Source of the DNA: Chrysomallon squamiferum
Lineage: Eukaryota > Animalia > Mollusca
Assembly (NCBI GenBank): GCA_012295275.1
Contig: CM022677.1
Location: forward strand, 3,720,001-3,784,000
DNA length: 64,000 nucleotides
Reading direction: 5' to 3'
A program made the translations under genes and the position numbers. Below are positions 63,848 to 64,000 of this stretch, one piece after another. The notes beneath the pieces are model-generated. The model searched no databases. It had not been told where the DNA came from and saw only the letters and a program-made list of their open reading frames with translations. Each line of letters begins with the position of its first letter. Positions within the stretch are counted from its first letter, which is position 1.

Positions 63848-64000
63848 AAATTAGTCTTTCAGTGCAAACACAACAGCAAAGTTCACCTTTGACCTGAGTT
63901 TAAGCTAGTCCACACAGTATGTGGCTGTGAGGTTTTAAGTTGTCATTGGCGAATTGGGGCGATTCCTCGTACATCAGATATTATGGAAAGTCCTGCCCTG

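Overview
AT-rich, microsatellite-dense animal genomic DNA, probably an invertebrate draft assembly (inference), with one 200-N gap. Almost all ORFs in the supplied track are microsatellite or minisatellite read-through. The real coding content was reconstructed by hand from splice sites and frames. (1) Minus strand 9950-11554: three 3' exons of a Deltex E3 ligase (RING-HC + DTC domain, DTX3/DTX3L-like), 5'-truncated and with an in-frame TGA. (2) Plus strand 26186-47687: a ~31-exon type I membrane protein with Ca-binding EGF array, NIDO, AMOP, vWD, EGFs, SEA, EGFs, TM and an NPxY tail (MUC4/SUSD2/Mesh-related). Both expected autoproteolysis motifs look altered: GDPH reads GNPF, and the SEA GSVVV loop reads GS-RRKR-SV, a furin site. 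(3) A signal-peptide exon of a further plus-strand gene at 60806. (4) TE relics: two hAT transposase fragments and an internally deleted Ty3/Gypsy whose gag 5' end appears to have seeded a 5.1-kb 41-bp satellite. (5) An inverted near-identical copy of the mucin-like gene's last exon 27 kb upstream. Many single-base lesions suggest consensus errors, so pseudogene calls are uncertain. I found no prokaryote-type system (CRISPR etc.) and no RNA gene.
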